64,000 nt of DNA. Source: an uncultured Candidatus Saccharibacteria bacterium (GTDB taxonomy: Bacteria; Patescibacteriota; Saccharimonadia; Saccharimonadales; JAGQNJ01). The notes under the pieces are model-generated. The model saw only the letters and a program-made list of their open reading frames with translations, was not told where the DNA came from and ran no database searches. The position numbers were made by a program, and so were the translations under genes. Shown here one piece after another: positions 1-9,168 of this stretch. Location of the stretch: assembly GCA_964603625.1 (NCBI GenBank), contig CAZRVM010000001.1:1949-65948 (forward strand), written 5' to 3'. Numbering within the stretch: position 1 is the first letter of the stretch; each line of letters begins with the position of its first letter.

Positions 1-2
1 CA

Positions 3-380
3 ATTGAATACGGAATGATGGAGAGCTTAGCAGAAGGCTACAGAGTGCTAAAAGATGGACCAATTAAAAATATTGATTTAGGTGCCGTTGGTGATATATG
101 GCAAAAAGCCAGTATAATTTCTAGTGATTTAAACGGGTTAGTTGCGCAAATAATGCATGAAAATCCAAATCTGGATGGCATAAATGGTTATGTGGCTGAA
201 TCTGGAGAAGCTCGCTGGACACTAGAAGTTGCAAAAGAAAATAACATAATAATACCAGCAATCAACGAGGCTTTTGAGGTTCGATTACAAAGCCAGCAAG
301 GAAATGTTAATTTTGCAACTAAAACTTTAGCAGCACTACGCAACAAATTTGGCGGACATAAAATTAACAAAACAAATTAA
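3..380 (+). CDS. gnd: 6-phosphogluconate dehydrogenase (decarboxylating), C-terminal part; 5' end lies outside the window
   Basis: The frame is open from the window start. The C-terminal region (GYVAESGEARWTLEVAKENNIIIPAINEAF) resembles the 6PGDH C-terminal region. zwf follows immediately downstream. Confidence 0.7.
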   Translation: MEYGMMESLAEGYRVLKDGPIKNIDLGAVGDIWQKASIISSDLNGLVAQIMHENPNLDGINGYVAESGEARWTLEVAKENNIIIPAINEAFEVRLQSQQGNVNFATKTLAALRNKFGGHKINKTN

Positions 381-388
381 ACTACAAA

Positions 389-1834
389 ATGCTAAGTAAA
401 CTACGAATTAAAGATTGGCGTCAAGAAAAACTAAGCCCAACTATAATTGTTATATTTGGGATTACAGGAGATTTAAGTCAGCGTAAGCTCCTACCGGCGC
501 TATATTACCTAATTAAAAATGATTTATTACCTCCAAGAACAAAGATTATTGGTGTGAGCCGGCACGATGTAGACATAAACAATTTAATGTTATCCGTTAG
601 AAAAACATTAAAAGACAGTCATCAAGATTGTAGCGAATCCACAATTACAAAATTTAGTGAAATGTTAAGTATGCAAAAGTTGAACCTTACTTCAAAAGAT
701 GATTATGTAATCTTAAAAACAAGTTTAGATAAAATTGAAGAAGGTCTTGGAGTGTGTTTGAATAGGCTTTTCTACCTTGCAATTCCTCCAACAGTTCTCT
801 CGCATATAGTTGAAAATCTTGGAGAGTCAGGCCTTGCAAATGGTTGTCAGCACGGCAAGGCAAATAGTCGCCTTTTGCTTGAGAAACCTTTTGGCTATGA
901 CACAATTTCAGCAAAGGAATTAATCTCAACAAATGCTAAATATTTTAATGAAGAACAGATATTTAGAATAGACCATTATGTTGCCAAAGAAACCGTACAA
1001 AATATTCTTAGTTTCAGATTTCAAAACCCTATTTTTGAAAGTATTTGGAATGCAAATCATATTAGCTTCATTGAAATCATCGCCTATGAGAAAATAGACA
1101 TAGAAAACAGAGCTATATTTTATGAGCAAACTGGTGCTTTAAGAGACTTAGCACAAAGCCATTTACTGCAACTGCTTGCAATCGTTGCAATGGAGGAACC
1201 ATCTAGTCTGAGTTCCGAGCATATTCACCTGTCTAAACAAAATTTGCTAAAAAGTGTAACACCAATACCTCAAGATAACCTAGAACAACAGGCAGTCAGG
1301 GGTCAATATTCTGGTTATAAAAAGGAAGTTAATAATTCAAAAACTTTTGTAGAAACCTATGCCGGATTAAAGTTATACATTGGTACTGCTCGCTGGCGTA
1401 ATGTTCCTTTTTTTATAAAAACTGGGAAAGCACTACATGAAAAAAAGACTCAAGTTAGGGTACACTTCAAACCAAAAAATCTTAAAATCAACACTGCAAA
1501 TGATTTATGTATAAACATACAACCAAATGAAGGTATAGAGCTAAAGTTGTGGGCAAAAAAACCCGGATTTGAGACTCAACTAAATAAAGTAAATATGAGT
1601 TTTTTGTATCAACAAGCTTTTGATGAGTATGGCCATCCCAATGCATACGAACGAGTTTTAGTTGACGCAATCAAAGGAGATCAATCCTTATTTGCATCGA
1701 GTGAGGAAGTATTGGCATCTTGGCATATTCTAGAACCAGTAATAAACAAGTGGGATTCTATAAGCGATGGACTACAGATTTATGAAAAAGGCTCAAACGG
1801 CCCTAAATTACCAAAAACATGGCCTGTTTTTTAG
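389..1834 (+). CDS. zwf: glucose-6-phosphate 1-dehydrogenase
   Basis: N-terminal NADP-binding motif IIVIFGITGDLSQRKLLPALYYL (GxxGDLAxRKLxPAL) and the active-site motif RIDHYVAKE. Length 481 aa. Confidence 0.93.
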   Translation: MLSKLRIKDWRQEKLSPTIIVIFGITGDLSQRKLLPALYYLIKNDLLPPRTKIIGVSRHDVDINNLMLSVRKTLKDSHQDCSESTITKFSEMLSMQKLNLTSKDDYVILKTSLDKIEEGLGVCLNRLFYLAIPPTVLSHIVENLGESGLANGCQHGKANSRLLLEKPFGYDTISAKELISTNAKYFNEEQIFRIDHYVAKETVQNILSFRFQNPIFESIWNANHISFIEIIAYEKIDIENRAIFYEQTGALRDLAQSHLLQLLAIVAMEEPSSLSSEHIHLSKQNLLKSVTPIPQDNLEQQAVRGQYSGYKKEVNNSKTFVETYAGLKLYIGTARWRNVPFFIKTGKALHEKKTQVRVHFKPKNLKINTANDLCINIQPNEGIELKLWAKKPGFETQLNKVNMSFLYQQAFDEYGHPNAYERVLVDAIKGDQSLFASSEEVLASWHILEPVINKWDSISDGLQIYEKGSNGPKLPKTWPVF

Positions 1835-1865
1835 TCCATAAATTATGAAAATCTAATATAAATAA

Positions 1866-1901
1866 AAATACATCAGAGGTGTGAGACCAGCTGATGTATT
1901 T
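1866..1901. terminator. inverted repeat between convergent zwf and the rpf-like gene; possible bidirectional terminator
   Basis: 11-bp stem aaatacatcag / ctgatgtattt with a 14-nt loop, flanked by A/T runs. Confidence 0.4.
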
Positions 1902-1919
1902 AAAAATTATATAATTAGG

Positions 1920-2573
1920 TTATCTTAAACCGAGCTTTCTAGTACAGGCTGGCCATTGCCCCCATCCACTTCTAGCCTGAAGTATTTGGCCGCGCATAAT
2001 TTGCTCTTCTCTACTGGCTTGATGCGGTAATCCACTTCCACCAACAGACTTCCATGTAGAAGCTGTAAACTGCAGGCCACCGTAATATCCATTTCCAGTA
2101 TTTATTGCCCAATTACCGCCAGACTCGCAACGAGCTAATGAATCCCAAACATCTCCTTCTGCTACTTTAACATTACTTGTAGTTTCAGATTTTTGCTTCT
2201 TGATATTTTTTGAATTCTTAGTAGCTTTATTCTGATGTTTAACAGCAGGCTTTACTGACTCTGATTTTGGCGTATCTGCCGGCAAGTTTCGACTAGGTAT
2301 TTGCTCATCAGCATTTGGAATTCGTACTTTTTCGCCCGGATGAATTACATCTGGATCTTGAATAAAAGTATTCGCGTCAAACAATCTTACATATGTTGTT
2401 TGGTGTTTGCTCGCAATTTTACTTAAACTATCGTTTTGTATTACTTCAACCATAACAGGTTGTGGTATGTTTGTATTTGGTTGAGCAATTTCTTCTGCTC
2501 GTACGGATGTAGTTGATGCAAAGGCTAAAAAGCCCGCAACAAACAGACCCGCAATTATAGCGGTTTTTCGCAT
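1920..2573 (-). CDS. secreted LysM-domain protein with a C-terminal Rpf-type (resuscitation-promoting factor) transglycosylase-like domain
   Basis: Signal peptide (MRKTAIIAGLFVAGFLAFAST). LysM-like segment (DSLSKIASKHQTTYVRLFDANTFI...GEKVRIP). The C-terminus (WDSLARCESGGNWAINTGNGYYGGLQFTASTWKSVGG...REEQIMRGQILQARSGWGQWPACTRKLG) matches the Rpf catalytic-domain signature. Strong SD (AAGGAGG) before the ATG. Confidence 0.85.
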   Translation of the reverse strand: MRKTAIIAGLFVAGFLAFASTTSVRAEEIAQPNTNIPQPVMVEVIQNDSLSKIASKHQTTYVRLFDANTFIQDPDVIHPGEKVRIPNADEQIPSRNLPADTPKSESVKPAVKHQNKATKNSKNIKKQKSETTSNVKVAEGDVWDSLARCESGGNWAINTGNGYYGGLQFTASTWKSVGGSGLPHQASREEQIMRGQILQARSGWGQWPACTRKLGLR

Positions 2574-2689
2574 AATTTAGTTTCCTCCTTATACCCTATT
2601 CATCCCTCGTATGATCACTAATAATATTTTTCGTCATTTGGGGTTGATGATAGGTTGTGTACTCTCCTCACAAAAAAGACACAATGACC

Positions 2690-2717
2690 ATCATACCTGA
2701 TTGATTTTAAATGTCAA
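2690..2717 (-). promoter_or_regulatory. sigma70-type promoter (TTGACA-N16-TATGAT) for the rpf-like gene, giving a leader of about 107 nt
   Basis: On the minus strand, TTGACA (2712-2717) and TATGAT (2690-2695) are separated by 16 nt, upstream of the ATG at 2573. Confidence 0.5.
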
Positions 2718-2828
2718 ATTAACCTCAAGAAGTTATGTGTTGTAATAAATACTGTTGTAAACTAATAAGTATTTGAAATAATAAATTTTCGAAAAGTCAT
2801 ATTAGTATTTTAAAAGACTATGCAATAA

Positions 2829-3035
2829 TTATCTTTTTTTGGCTTTAACTTCGTTTCTTCCTAAACTCTTTTTTGTTTCAACAAACAAAACATGTTTTCT
2901 AAGCTTTGGGTCATACTTTCTAAGCTCTAATTTATCAGGTGTATTTTGATGATTCTTTACGGTATAGTAGTTTCGATTACCAGATTCTTCTGAAACCATA
3001 CCAAGAATTTTTCGTTTTGCAGATTTTTTAGCCAT
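2829..3035 (-). CDS. rpmG: 50S ribosomal protein L33 (cysteine-less form)
   Basis: MAKKSAKR...GNRNYYTVKNHQNTPDKLELRKYDPKLRKHVLFVETK matches the L33 pattern (GxRNYxTxKNxRNxPxxLELxKYxPxxRKHxLxKExK). The Zn-ribbon cysteines are absent. Confidence 0.85.
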   Translation of the reverse strand: MAKKSAKRKILGMVSEESGNRNYYTVKNHQNTPDKLELRKYDPKLRKHVLFVETKKSLGRNEVKAKKR

Positions 3036-3238
3036 TATTTTTTAACCTCACTTTTAGTTGGCATTATTATAGCAAGAACAATATATGCAATTATGCCAGG
3101 AATAAAAGCTGATATTATAGTAATTAATGCGTATCCAGCCCGAATTAAAGTTGGGTCAACATCAAAATATTCAGCAATCCCCGCACAGACTCCATCTAGT
3201 TTTTTATCTGTTTCAGATTTATAAAGTTTTTTACTCAT
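3035..3238 (-). CDS. PspC-domain small membrane protein
   Basis: LYKSETDKKLDGVCAGIAEYFDVDPTLIRAGYALITIISAFIPGIIAYIVLAIIMP fits the PspC domain consensus plus one transmembrane helix. It overlaps the rpmG start by 1 nt. Confidence 0.75.
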   Translation of the reverse strand: MSKKLYKSETDKKLDGVCAGIAEYFDVDPTLIRAGYALITIISAFIPGIIAYIVLAIIMPTKSEVKK

Positions 3239-3392
3239 TTTGTTATTTTAACAGATAAAACATTTTAATACAACATTGATACTAGTTAATTTTACATACC
3301 AAAAATTTAAAAATTTCAAAGAATTGAACTTATAGTAAAAATATATCTGAGAGATGATATATGTTGTGATTGTTCAAGCATAAATCACATTC

Positions 3393-3467
<75 letters not shown>

Positions 3468-3518
3468 ACAATATAACTATATTTTAACAAATAACATAAA
3501 TTGGTACGAATGTTGTTA

Positions 3519-3890
3519 TTATTTTTCGAAACTTTCAATTAACGAAAGCAAACTAAGTTGGTTTTCATTTACAATAACTTCGTTAACTACAGGTTCAAAA
3601 TTAGTTTCTAAAACCGATCTTTTATCTTGAATTAGCCTGATGGGCTGAACATTAGTTTTTTGTTGAATTTTAGAGTACATATCGGAATCAGATTGATCAA
3701 GCATAACACCCCATAAACCGTGAGGAAACATCATTTCAGGATCTAAACCTAAAAAAGTATTTTGATTACAGTAGTTTATAACACTGCTAAATGCTTCCTC
3801 TTCTGATAGTGCAGGTGCAATAAATTCTGCATCAGAATCAACAAAAACTTTATACCAATTATTTTCTTGGTTATATTTAAACATAAGCAA
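3519..3890 (-). CDS. hypothetical protein (123 aa) embedded within the tRNA cluster
   Basis: ORF only; no recognisable motif. Confidence 0.4.
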   Translation of the reverse strand: MLMFKYNQENNWYKVFVDSDAEFIAPALSEEEAFSSVINYCNQNTFLGLDPEMMFPHGLWGVMLDQSDSDMYSKIQQKTNVQPIRLIQDKRSVLETNFEPVVNEVIVNENQLSLLSLIESFEK

Positions 3891-4036
3891 CGCTTGTTAG
3901 TATAAACTGCTTTTTACCTATGCTTCAAATTAAATAAAAAACTACAACAACATTTAATTTTAAGTAAACTTTAATGCGATCTTATAAGAATTTACCAATA
4001 AAAAAGAATTTTCTTGCTCTTTTTAAAGTCCATTAC

Positions 4037-4122
4037 TGGTGCAGGGTGTAGGATTCGAACCTACGAAGGCATAAGCCAGCAGATTTACAGTCTGCCGTGT
4101 TTGACCGCTTCACTAACCCTGC
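4037..4122 (-). tRNA. tRNA-Tyr (anticodon GTA) with long variable arm
   Basis: Reverse-complement GCAGGGT...CAGACTGTAAATCTG...GTAGGTTCGAATCCTACACCCTGCACCA. Anticodon loop CTGTAAA. Long variable arm as in bacterial tRNA-Tyr. Confidence 0.88.
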
Positions 4123-4198
4123 AGAAGTAGCCAAAGTTGACTACCAACACATCCCTGACAATCCTCAGGTAATTAGGTATTCTCGCATTATACCTAAA

Positions 4199-4275
4199 TG
4201 GAGCTGGCAGAGGGATTCGAACCCACGACCTACGGTTTACAAAACCGTCGCTCTAACCAACTGAGCTATGCCAGC
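4199..4275 (-). tRNA. tRNA-Thr (anticodon TGT)
   Basis: Reverse-complement GCTGGCATAGCTCAGTTGGTTAGAGCGACGGTTTTGTAAACCGTAGGTCGTGGGTTCGAATCCCTCTGCCAGCTCCA. Anticodon loop TTTGTAA. Confidence 0.88.
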
Positions 4276-4357
4276 AAAAATTCTTTGCTTTTTAAAATTT
4301 TTAAATTTTATATAAAGTGCTCCTAAAAGCACTTGGAGAATTTTAACAGGTTGTGGG

Positions 4358-5014
4358 CTAAATTACAACTCTACGCTTATGCCTGATAATTCGTTTAGGT
4401 TTGCCACTAGGCACAACTAGTTTTGCAATTTGCTTTTCAATTTGTTCAGCTTCTTCTGGCATATTAAAAGACTCATAAGCTTTTTGTAACAAACTCAAGG
4501 ATTCTTTATTTGGCTCTAGTTCTACTGCTTTTTGAAGTTCTTGGAACATTAATTTTTCATTACCAAGCTTTTCCTGAACTTTTGCATATGCGATATGCCT
4601 AGCGGCTAGTGTGTCTTCTAATTTTAAAGCTTGCTCAAATGCAGTGGCAGCTTTATCATAATTTTCGGTTTCATAGTAAATTAAGCCCAAATTATGCAGG
4701 CTAGACGGGGTTGTTTCAATACTAGAGGCAATCTCGAAACAATCGATCGCATCTTTATATTCTTTCTGTTTAGCATAAAGAATACCTAAACGATTATAGG
4801 CAGCGGCATTTTTTTCATCGATTTTTAAAATTGTTAGAAGTGCTTTTTCAGCACGCAAAAATCTATTCTCGCGCATACCTTGATGGGCTATATCCCAAAG
4901 CTTAGCTAATTTGCCAGATATCTTACTTGGTAATTGAGTAAAATCGTCATCTAATTGATTTGCGCTTAAAATTGTAATAATTCCAAGAACAAAGAATAGT
5001 GAAAGTGCCAACAT
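4358..5014 (-). CDS. membrane-anchored tetratricopeptide (TPR) repeat protein
   Basis: N-terminal hydrophobic anchor followed by several TPR-like repeats (AYNRLGILYAKQKEYKDAIDCFE; HNLGLIYYETENYDKAATAFEQALKL). Confidence 0.7.
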   Translation of the reverse strand: MLALSLFFVLGIITILSANQLDDDFTQLPSKISGKLAKLWDIAHQGMRENRFLRAEKALLTILKIDEKNAAAYNRLGILYAKQKEYKDAIDCFEIASSIETTPSSLHNLGLIYYETENYDKAATAFEQALKLEDTLAARHIAYAKVQEKLGNEKLMFQELQKAVELEPNKESLSLLQKAYESFNMPEEAEQIEKQIAKLVVPSGKPKRIIRHKRRVVI

Positions 5015-5027
5015 AATACAACTATTA

Positions 5028-5876
5028 TTATATACTTAAAACAAGTTTAGTTAAAATCAATTTATTATTACCTTTAAGCTGAGATTCTTTTTTAGCTAAA
5101 TATGTTGCTTTTTTTAATTTATGCCAGAAAATCACCTGTTTTTGATCTGACATTACAGAATTTTTAAAACCTGAATCGGCAACAATATATAATGCATCTA
5201 AAAAACTTGTAACATCACTTTTAGCCAGATTGTTAATCATTGAAGTTTTTTGAAACTTATTTAACTTAATGAATTGCTTTACTGAATCAATTTGTTCTAA
5301 TAGAGGATGCTCCTGGTTTGAAAGTAAAGACCAAAGCATGCCAAGCTTGCCTTGTGAAATAAGTATACTTTTTGATAATTTAACTTCCTCAAAGTCATCT
5401 TTGAAAAATTGTTTTATTTCTTTACTTGTTGGGGGAATTAAATTTAGTATTTTAATTCTCGATTGAATTGTTGGCAATAAACTCTGCACGGAACTGGCGC
5501 ATAAGATAAATAAAACATCTCGTGGTGGCTCTTCTAATGGTTTTAGAAGAAGGTTTTGGCATTCTTTTGTTAAGACTTCAGCGTTTTTTATAATGATAAC
5601 CCTTGGTGTCTCTAAAGCGGAAGTAGCTTTTAACTTAATGAATGAATTAATTTGCCTAATTTCGTCTATTAAAATATTGCCTTTTTCATCTGGCTTGATT
5701 ACTAATAAATTTGGATTGTCATTCAGCTGATCTGTGTTTAGAAATTTGCTTGCAATAAATTTGGCGATTGTAAATTTACCAAAGCCATTTGGCGCAATTA
5801 GGCTCAAGCATTGACCTTTCTGGTTGATAAAATCATCTATTGATTTCTTCGATGAACTGCTGAGAAGTACTCTCAT
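5028..5876 (-). CDS. holB: DNA polymerase III delta-prime subunit (clamp-loader AAA+ fold)
   Basis: Walker-A-like APNGFGK, and the motifs LLKPLEEPP and LLPTIQSR typical of delta-prime and gamma/tau clamp-loader subunits. Confidence 0.7.
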   Translation of the reverse strand: MRVLLSSSSKKSIDDFINQKGQCLSLIAPNGFGKFTIAKFIASKFLNTDQLNDNPNLLVIKPDEKGNILIDEIRQINSFIKLKATSALETPRVIIIKNAEVLTKECQNLLLKPLEEPPRDVLFILCASSVQSLLPTIQSRIKILNLIPPTSKEIKQFFKDDFEEVKLSKSILISQGKLGMLWSLLSNQEHPLLEQIDSVKQFIKLNKFQKTSMINNLAKSDVTSFLDALYIVADSGFKNSVMSDQKQVIFWHKLKKATYLAKKESQLKGNNKLILTKLVLSI

Positions 5877-6736
5877 TACTTTACCATTTCATTAAAAGCA
5901 ACTGGAAATTTAGAAATAAAGACTTGCCTAGTTTTGTTAGGTAGGGTTATTTCTAGTAAATATGCATGAAGAAACAATCTACTGGCTGGTTCGCCATTAT
6001 AGATTAAATCGCCAACTATTGGGTGTTTTACTTGGTTTAAATGAACTCTAAGTTGGTGAGTACGGCCAGTTTGAGGAGTCAATTCTACTAAACTGTAATT
6101 TTTGTTGCTTTTGATGATTTTATACTTTGTAATTGCTGGTTTTCCATTAACGCCAACCATAAATTGTTTTGGTTTTTTGGAGTTCCGCTGTATTGGCATA
6201 TCGATTATTGCTTCGCTTGGCGACAGACCAACTTTGATAATAGCGTAGTAGGTTTTTTTAACTTTTCGGTTTGCAAATTGTTTTTGAAGCCATTTTAATG
6301 ATTCTAAATTTTTAGCACAAATAATAATACCAGAGGTTGCGCGGTCTAACCGATGAACGATTCCAGCACGGTTGCCTGTTAAGTTTCTTGTTTTTGGCAA
6401 AATAAAACTAGCCACAGTTGCTTCGACATTTAAAGTTCCCTTACTGTGAGTTAAAAGACCTATTGGTTTATCAATAACTATGCAATCATCATCTTCATAG
6501 ATGATAGGTAGGTCTAGTGCGGTTTCAATGTTCTCACTATTTTCATCATAGTCTATTGTAATTACATCGTATTCTTTAAGTTTGTATCCAGCTTTTTGAA
6601 GCTTATTATTAACTAGAATTTTGCCTTGTTCAATTAGCCCGCGTATTGAAGTACGGCTTATGCCTGGCAAGTGCCTGCCAACAACAATATCAAGTCTTTG
6701 CTTAGTATTAATTTGATCTACTTTAATTTTTTGCAT
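5876..6736 (-). CDS. rluD: RluA-family 23S rRNA pseudouridine synthase (RluD-like) with N-terminal S4 domain
   Basis: S4-like N-terminus (RLDIVV...SRTSIRGLIEQGKILVNNK). Catalytic motif HRLDRATSGIIICAKN. Confidence 0.85.
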   Translation of the reverse strand: MQKIKVDQINTKQRLDIVVGRHLPGISRTSIRGLIEQGKILVNNKLQKAGYKLKEYDVITIDYDENSENIETALDLPIIYEDDDCIVIDKPIGLLTHSKGTLNVEATVASFILPKTRNLTGNRAGIVHRLDRATSGIIICAKNLESLKWLQKQFANRKVKKTYYAIIKVGLSPSEAIIDMPIQRNSKKPKQFMVGVNGKPAITKYKIIKSNKNYSLVELTPQTGRTHQLRVHLNQVKHPIVGDLIYNGEPASRLFLHAYLLEITLPNKTRQVFISKFPVAFNEMVK

Positions 6737-6775
6737 TGCTTCTTAGTCTCCATCCATTGTGAGCGTAACTCCAAA

Positions 6776-6913
6776 TCAATAGGCGGGGAGTAATTGATCC
6801 TCCAGCTTCTGTTTAACAGCTCTGGGCATACCTCTGATTGCAATCGTTTCTGGATTTAGCTTTGTTATGTCTATTTCAGTATAGTTGTCTGCGTTTTCGC
6901 TAATATGTTCCAT
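6776..6913 (-). CDS. possible 45-aa small ORF translationally coupled to the trpS stop (TAATG)
   Basis: The ATG overlaps the trpS stop codon by 1 nt. Product MEHISENADNYTEIDITKLNPETIAIRGMPRAVKQKLEDQLLPAY; the IRGMPRAVKQKL segment resembles a ribbon-helix-helix strand-helix. Below the ORF-track length cutoff. Confidence 0.3.
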   Translation of the reverse strand: MEHISENADNYTEIDITKLNPETIAIRGMPRAVKQKLEDQLLPAY

Positions 6914-7938
6914 TAAGGTCTGATCCCAACAGCCTTTTGTACTTTGCTTAAAGTTTTGACAGCCTGTTCATTCATAGTTTTTTCAGAAAGCTCCAATTTT
7001 GCTTGTAGAGCAGATTCATTTACGCTAGAAAGCTTTTTTTGAAAGCTTTGCAAAAAAGATTTTACAGTTTCAGCAAGAGCATTTTTTAAAGAACCGTATT
7101 GTTGTTGGCCACCATAAACACTTAATAATTCATCTATTGACTGATTAGACAGTGCGGCAAGAATATCTAATAAATTACTTATACCGGGCTGGTCCGTGAA
7201 GTTATAGGCAATTTTGCCAATGCTGTCTGTCGTAGCTGACATAATCTTTTTATATGCTAGGTCTGGGCTATCATTTAAAAATATTACACCCTTACCGCTA
7301 ACATCAGACTTGCTCATTTTTTTAGTTGGATCCATTAAATCGCGAATTCGCAACCTATGTTGCTGATCAGAAAATTCTATTTGTTTATTTTCTGATTCAG
7401 GCAAATCAAAAAGTTCACCAAATTTATTATTCATTCTAATTGCAATGTCACGTGCTAATTCAACATGCTGAGTTTGATCAGCCCCTACTGGAACATACTT
7501 AGCTCCATAAAGCAAAATATCTGACGCCATTAACACTGGATAATCAAACAAACCAACACTTACATTAGCTTTACCTTCTCCTTTTTCTTTAAACTGCGTC
7601 ATCCGAGACAATTCTCCCATATACGCAAAACTGTTTAAGATAACAGTTAATTCGCTATGAGCTGGAATAAAACTTTGCCGATAAATAAAAGTATTTGGAT
7701 TATTTAAATCCAGCCCACTAGCAACAAATAGTTTTAAGTTATCCATTGTTTGCTTATACAACTTGCTATGATCAATAGGAGTAGTGAAACTATGCAGGTC
7801 TGGAACAAACAAATTAATTTGAAACTCTTTAGCATATTTTTTTTGCAAGTTTACTATTGGAAGTAATGCACCTAAATAATTGCCTAAGTGTAGTTGATTA
7901 TTTGACCTCAGACCTGTCAGTATTACTGGTTCACTCAT
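6913..7938 (-). CDS. trpS: tryptophan--tRNA ligase
   Basis: Class I HIGH region (TGLRSNNQLHLGNYLGAL) and a KMSKS motif. 341 aa. Confidence 0.9.
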   Translation of the reverse strand: MSEPVILTGLRSNNQLHLGNYLGALLPIVNLQKKYAKEFQINLFVPDLHSFTTPIDHSKLYKQTMDNLKLFVASGLDLNNPNTFIYRQSFIPAHSELTVILNSFAYMGELSRMTQFKEKGEGKANVSVGLFDYPVLMASDILLYGAKYVPVGADQTQHVELARDIAIRMNNKFGELFDLPESENKQIEFSDQQHRLRIRDLMDPTKKMSKSDVSGKGVIFLNDSPDLAYKKIMSATTDSIGKIAYNFTDQPGISNLLDILAALSNQSIDELLSVYGGQQQYGSLKNALAETVKSFLQSFQKKLSSVNESALQAKLELSEKTMNEQAVKTLSKVQKAVGIRP

Positions 7939-7972
7939 ATTCTATATTATAACTTAATCTTAAATATTTTTG

Positions 7973-8146
7973 TTAAAGTAAGTCCGAGTTTACTACCACT
8001 TCATTTGCATTATTCGATCGATCAACTGCATCGATATAAAATAATAACTCAGTTATGTATTGTTCTGGTGTGCGTTTGTCATCTACTGATAACTCAATAT
8101 GATTTTCTATCATTATTTTGTTTGCGACTGATCTTGAGATCTCCAT
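7973..8146 (-). CDS. possible 57-aa small protein between rpsI and trpS
   Basis: GGGAG SD 5 nt upstream of the ATG. Product MEISRSVANKIMIENHIELSVDDKRTPEQYITELLFYIDAVDRSNNANEVVVNSDLL. Below the ORF-track length cutoff. Confidence 0.3.
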   Translation of the reverse strand: MEISRSVANKIMIENHIELSVDDKRTPEQYITELLFYIDAVDRSNNANEVVVNSDLL

Positions 8147-8326
8147 TTTACTCCCTTCAATTAAAAAATCGCCTGGTTTGGCGATAATATTTTGTTAATT
8201 TAAAAGCTATCACCAATTAGGTGTTTTCATTAAACCAAAAGTAAAAATTGTTTAAATAGCTCACAACTTAGAGATTACTATCTAAAATAAGATATGTCAA
8301 GAAAATATAGTTTATTAACCCGAGAT

Positions 8327-8725
8327 TTAGCGTTTAGTAAATTGCCTTTGTTTACGAGCTCCTTTAAGGCCAAATTTCTTTCTTTCTCGCTCGCGAGGAT
8401 CACGGCCAAGTAAGTCTGCTCTTTTAAGCGTACTTTTAAGGTCGGGATTGCTCAACGCTAATGCTCTAGATATTCCAAGTTTGATAGCTTCAGCTTGCCC
8501 AGAATGCCCACCACCACTAACTCTAACGCTAATATCATATTTATTAACATAATCTAGCTTAGAAAAAGGTATCTGAAGTTTGCCTAATAAAACCTTGCTA
8601 TTATCAAAATATTCTTCAGCTGAGATATTGTTTATTATAATATTCCCCTTACCCGGCTGAAGCCTAACGCTTGCTGATGAACTTTTTCGCCTACCAAGTG
8701 CGTAAAAATAACTATCTTTAACCAT
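8327..8725 (-). CDS. rpsI: 30S ribosomal protein S9
   Basis: YFYALGRRKSSSASVRLQPGKG and the C-terminal ...ARKQRQFTKR end are typical of S9. Confidence 0.95.
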   Translation of the reverse strand: MVKDSYFYALGRRKSSSASVRLQPGKGNIIINNISAEEYFDNSKVLLGKLQIPFSKLDYVNKYDISVRVSGGGHSGQAEAIKLGISRALALSNPDLKSTLKRADLLGRDPRERERKKFGLKGARKQRQFTKR

Positions 8726-8726
8726 C

Positions 8727-9167
8727 TTATTTTGCTTCCTTTACTTTAATTTGCTGAGGGTTTTGAGCAGAATGATTATGATCTGAATCTTTATAAATTT
8801 TAAGACGCGCCAGCCTTCCGTCTCTAAGTTTATTAACTGGCAGCATACCTCTAACCGCTTTAAAAATTACATCTGTAGAATCTGAATTCATTTTAGATTT
8901 AAGATTAGTTTGTTTAATGCCTCCAGGGTACCCAGTATGGCGATAGTATATTTTTGTTTCCATTTTGTTACCGGTAACCTGTAGTTGATCACTGTTTGTA
9001 ACTACAACATAATCCCCACAATCAATATGATGCGTAAATTGAGTTTTGTTTTTACCCATTAGTATTTCTGCAATTTGGGTTGCTAATCTTCCCAGGTTTG
9101 CCTGGCTTGCATCTATAACATACCATTGCTTTGTTACATCCGTTGGTTTTGCGCTATATGTTTTCAT
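8727..9167 (-). CDS. rplM: 50S ribosomal protein L13
   Basis: KTYSAKPTDVTKQWYVIDASQANLGRLATQIA; adjacent to rpsI as in the conserved rplM-rpsI operon. Confidence 0.95.
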   Translation of the reverse strand: MKTYSAKPTDVTKQWYVIDASQANLGRLATQIAEILMGKNKTQFTHHIDCGDYVVVTNSDQLQVTGNKMETKIYYRHTGYPGGIKQTNLKSKMNSDSTDVIFKAVRGMLPVNKLRDGRLARLKIYKDSDHNHSAQNPQQIKVKEAK

Positions 9168-9168
9168 C

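Noticed and set aside
3035-3238. Possibility that the 67-aa single-TM protein next to rpmG is SecE (expected in an rpmG-secE-nusG context)
   Set aside because: The sequence fits the PspC domain consensus (GVCAGIAEYFDVDPTLIR...) rather than SecE. It is also upstream, not downstream, of rpmG, and nusG is absent.
7939-8326. T-box riboswitch leader upstream of trpS
   Set aside because: Only a partial GTGGTA match to the T-box core (AGGGTGGNACCGCG) was found, and there is no convincing antiterminator/terminator pair; a small ORF with a good SD is the better reading.
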